DNA from: a virus
DNA length: 49,464 bases
Reading direction: 5' to 3' (one strand)
Virus record (IMG/VR): IMGVR_UViG_3300002054_000003
Location: 1-49,464 of that record
The position numbers and the translations under genes are program-made. The stretch's first letter is position 1; each line of letters begins with the position of its first letter. This document shows positions 47,409-49,464 of the stretch, one piece after another. A model generated the notes under the pieces. The model was not told where the DNA came from. It saw nothing but the letters and a program-made list of their open reading frames with translations, and made no database searches.

Positions 47409-47458
47409 TGGTGAACCCGGCAGGATTTGAACCTGCGATCAGCCCGTTATGAGCGGGC
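47409..47458 (-). other. 3' fragment of a tRNA-Met-type (CAU) gene, from anticodon stem to CCA; att-like relic
   Basis: The minus strand reads GCCCG-CTCATAA-CGGGC-TGATC-GCAGG-TTCAAAT-CCTGC-CGGGTTC-A-CCA. There is no matching 5' acceptor strand or D-arm upstream. Confidence 0.7.
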
Positions 47459-47680
47459 AAATTCTGCGTTTCCGCTGTACCGAAAATCAGGCCCTCGATC
47501 CTGTCGATACTCTCTAAGCCAAAGCACCTCACCAGTTTGAAAGCCTCGGTCGTCTTTCCTGACTTCAAAGGGTTTTCGTCCATCACAGATGGCGTCAAAG
47601 TAGGGCCAATGGACCTTGAGTTCATGGTCGTATTCTCGGGCGGCTTCCATGATCGTTTCCTTTGATTCAAATTTCGCCAT
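47447..47680 (-). CDS. DUF3850 (ASCH-like) protein, C-terminally truncated into the tRNA fragment
   Basis: HELKVHWPYFDAICDGRKPFEVRKDDRGFQTGEVLWLREY matches the DUF3850 core. The final codons and the TAA stop lie in the tRNA anticodon stem-loop. Confidence 0.65.
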   Translation of the reverse strand: MAKFESKETIMEAAREYDHELKVHWPYFDAICDGRKPFEVRKDDRGFQTGEVLWLREYRQDRGPDFRYSGNAEFARS

Positions 47681-47948
47681 CGGCGAACGTTAGCGTTTCG
47701 GCATAGATTCGAAGGGCCTCGCTCGATACGCGTTTTGGCACTACCGGGCGTTCAATCCTATTGTCTCGTGACTGTGTTCTGGACCACCTTTTTCCATCCC
47801 ATGCGGCAGCCTGAAATTTGTGACGCCGCGACTTGCGGCTTTCGCTCGCCCACCCGTCAAGAACCGCGCCATGATTTAGATATATGAAAGTCCACCGCGT
47901 TTGCTGCAAGTCGTCATGCCGCTCTAAAACATCAACCCTTTTCTGCAT
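47667..47948 (-). CDS. Hypothetical protein (GC-rich island)
   Basis: ORF track. Confidence 0.5.
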   Translation of the reverse strand: MQKRVDVLERHDDLQQTRWTFIYLNHGAVLDGWASESRKSRRHKFQAAAWDGKRWSRTQSRDNRIERPVVPKRVSSEALRIYAETLTFADGEI

Positions 47949-47963
47949 TTTCGTTCCTTTGAT

Positions 47964-48140
47964 TCAGCGATCGGGCGCAAAGCGAACTAATCCGCACACG
48001 CCTAACTCCGTGGTTTCTTTATACGTGCCTTTTCGCCACGCCATGCACTCTGATGCCAAACATTTTTGACTATCAGAACTGGAAGCAGAAAACGGGCACC
48101 AAAGCTTCTTTGCCTCATCTTCTGTCAAATAGCTTGCCAT
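47964..48140 (-). CDS. 58-aa Cys-rich protein (below the ORF-track cutoff)
   Basis: My manual translation gives MASYLTEDEAKKLWCPFSASSSDSQKCLASECMAWRKGTYKETTELGVCGLVRFAPDR. It fills the gap between the flanking genes. Confidence 0.5.
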   Translation of the reverse strand: MASYLTEDEAKKLWCPFSASSSDSQKCLASECMAWRKGTYKETTELGVCGLVRFAPDR

Positions 48141-48156
48141 CTTGGTTTCCTTTTAT

Positions 48157-48426
48157 TCAGGTTTCTACAAACCATTTCTGGTGGTGGGCTTCGCAGGTGT
48201 CTTTGACGCCCTCTATCCCAGTGCTGTGACCAAGGAGAGCACCGTTGGCGTATGCCCAAAAACTACCATTCTCGGTCTTCTCAATTTGCAACTGAACTGG
48301 AAAAATGTCGTTACCGCTGTCCGCAACCAAGTAGTAATCGGGTGATCCGTCTCGCCACCTGACGCGCGCATGCCTTGATGTACTGGTGACGCCGGTGATG
48401 TCTTTGTGTTCAAGTGGGTCTGACAT
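48157..48426 (-). CDS. Hypothetical protein, first gene of the leftward operon
   Basis: ORF track. GAAGGAAC lies upstream of the ATG. Confidence 0.5.
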   Translation of the reverse strand: MSDPLEHKDITGVTSTSRHARVRWRDGSPDYYLVADSGNDIFPVQLQIEKTENGSFWAYANGALLGHSTGIEGVKDTCEAHHQKWFVET

Positions 48427-48463
48427 GTCTTCGTTCCTTCAATTAACGATTTATCGTGATATG

Positions 48464-48492
48464 GTTATATAATTGTTGTTAAATGTTGTCAA
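48464..48492 (-). promoter_or_regulatory. Leftward sigma70-type promoter
   Basis: On the minus strand: TTGACA (48487-48492), 17-nt spacer, TATAAC (48464-48469), about 40 nt upstream of the ATG at 48426. Confidence 0.6.
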
Positions 48493-48502
48493 CCCCTGAA
48501 AA

Positions 48503-48750
48503 AGACCTAATGTGGACCCAATCGGACCCAATGCATCGGATCAGGTCTTTTCATCTAAGTCATTGTTTTTTATCATTTTTTATCTTTATAAGACCTAAAG
48601 ACCTAATAAATAGTGTAAATCAGTATAGAATAAATGGTGTATATAACATTGTCTATATAAACTGTTTGTAGGGCGGTAGGAAAACACGTCGTTTTTCTGG
48701 CATTAGGGCTTTTGTGAATGAAATCAATGTGTTAGTAAGACCTAATTAGG
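48503..48750. promoter_or_regulatory. Iteron/operator-like repeats in the divergent control region
   Basis: AGACCTAA occurs at 48503, 48591, 48599 and 48738, with an inverted AGGTCTT at 48543. GGACCCAAT occurs twice (48514, 48524). The palindrome CCTAATTAGG lies at 48741-48750. Confidence 0.5.
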
Positions 48751-48785
48751 AATTATTGTTTAAAATCAATAGTTTAGATTTGGTC

Positions 48786-48814
48786 TTGACAAATTAGTGG
48801 TTCTATATAAGTAT
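48786..48814 (+). promoter_or_regulatory. Rightward sigma70-type promoter
   Basis: TTGACA (48786-48791), 17-nt spacer, AAGTAT, upstream of the Ner-like gene. An overlapping TATATA sits at non-optimal spacing. Confidence 0.5.
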
Positions 48815-48837
48815 GTTTGTACATAAAAGGATTTACA

Positions 48838-49428
48838 ATGACTGAACTTACTGAAGAACAAAAACAACGACTTGCCGCGATTGGTCACAACGTCACTGAT
48901 TCACCTGTGTATGAACGCGGTTGGTCTACTGAACAGATTAAAGAAGCGTTTGCTGCACAAGGTTTTACGTTGGCTTCATTTGCGAAAGCAGTAGATGTTA
49001 AGCCGGGGGATGTTTATCAATCTCTGCAAAAACGTTCACCTAAGATTGATAAAATCATTGCAGCTTTTCTTGGTGTTCATGAAAGCACTATATGGCCGAA
49101 CCGTTATTTTAAAAATGGTGTGGCTATCCATAAAACATATGCGATTGAAACGCGCACTGATGAAGAACTTGAAAAATTGAACGAACAATTCTTGAACCCT
49201 CCTAAACGTACCATTGTTGAATCGTGGGTTGGTGGTTCTGATGGTGGACCGATCGTCAGAGAAAATAAACTACGTGAAACTGCAATTCCTTCAATGGATG
49301 AAACTTTTGAAAAAGATGAAGCAGGACGTTTCGTTATTCCGCTTGGTGATGGCATTGATTATCCAGATGTATCACCAATGGCGGATGAAAAGAATGAAGT
49401 GACATTACCTGAAGGGATGAAGCTATGA
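48838..49428 (+). CDS. Ner-like HTH DNA-binding regulator with a C-terminal extension
   Basis: W..EQIKEAFAAQGFTLASFAK.....PGDVYQSLQKRSPKIDKIIAAFLGVHESTIWPNRY parallels Mu Ner (..IWPSRY). AGGA lies 6 nt upstream of the ATG at 48838. Confidence 0.75.
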   Translation: MTELTEEQKQRLAAIGHNVTDSPVYERGWSTEQIKEAFAAQGFTLASFAKAVDVKPGDVYQSLQKRSPKIDKIIAAFLGVHESTIWPNRYFKNGVAIHKTYAIETRTDEELEKLNEQFLNPPKRTIVESWVGGSDGGPIVRENKLRETAIPSMDETFEKDEAGRFVIPLGDGIDYPDVSPMADEKNEVTLPEGMKL

Positions 49429-49464
49429 CTGATGAAGCTATGACTGATGAAGCTATGACTGATG
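49418..49464. repeat. Terminal overlap, copy 2 (identical to 1-47)
   Basis: Same 47-nt string as 1-47. Confidence 0.9.

Noticed and set aside
47380-47500. Possibility of a complete functional tRNA-Met gene.
   Set aside because: The sequence 5' of the anticodon stem (…CGGTACAGCGGAAACGCAGAATTT) offers no D-arm and no GAACCCG strand to pair with the 3' acceptor strand CGGGTTC, and it is coding for the DUF3850 ORF.
1-49464. CRISPR arrays, an integrase/excisionase lysogeny module, a reverse transcriptase/DGR, and recognisable toxin-antitoxin pairs.
   Set aside because: I saw no spacer-interspersed repeat arrays; all tandem repeats are short coding repeats. No ORF carries tyrosine or serine recombinase motifs or RT motifs. 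Absence is based on inspection by eye only.

Overview
The window appears to be one complete double-stranded DNA tailed-phage genome. Bases 1-47 are identical to 49418-49464, which gives a unit length of about 49,417 bp. All homology calls come from motifs I recognised by eye; I ran no searches. A long plus-strand block starts with a Ner-like regulator (48838-49428) and wraps across the junction. It continues with the small terminase, a GapR-like protein and small membrane proteins, then a structured non-coding gap. After the gap come the large terminase, portal, DUF2213-like scaffold/protease, decoration protein and a lambda-E-type capsid protein. Next are the head-tail genes, major tail protein, tape measure, GTA-like distal tail genes, a J-like tip protein, a fibre, a subtilisin-like protease, the endolysin and overlapping spanins (to 28755). 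A minus-strand replication block (28752-34058) holds a family B polymerase with an N-terminal DUF2493/SLOG-like domain, a DUF2815-like SSB, a Cas4-like nuclease and tRNA-Leu(UAA). A plus-strand block (34159-42558) holds an SF2 helicase, VRR-NUC nuclease, a divergent ThyX, DUF3310, a primase-helicase and a class II ribonucleotide reductase. A minus-strand accessory block (42606-48426) completes the circle. GapR, an Omp25/31-like porin and GTA-like tail genes suggest an alphaproteobacterial host. I found no integrase or repressor. The items most worth a second look are:
- a Dam-like methyltransferase with a single in-frame TAG;
- a perfect 26-bp inverted repeat inside a gene;
- a 43-bp repeat shared by two genes;
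- two GC-rich islands, one carrying fibre plus S8 protease and one ending in a tRNA-Met 3' fragment fused to a truncated DUF3850 gene;
- the SLOG-polymerase fusion;
- a vWA-like insert in the tail tip protein;
- an endolysin with a C-terminal transmembrane helix;
- a repeat-rich divergent control region.
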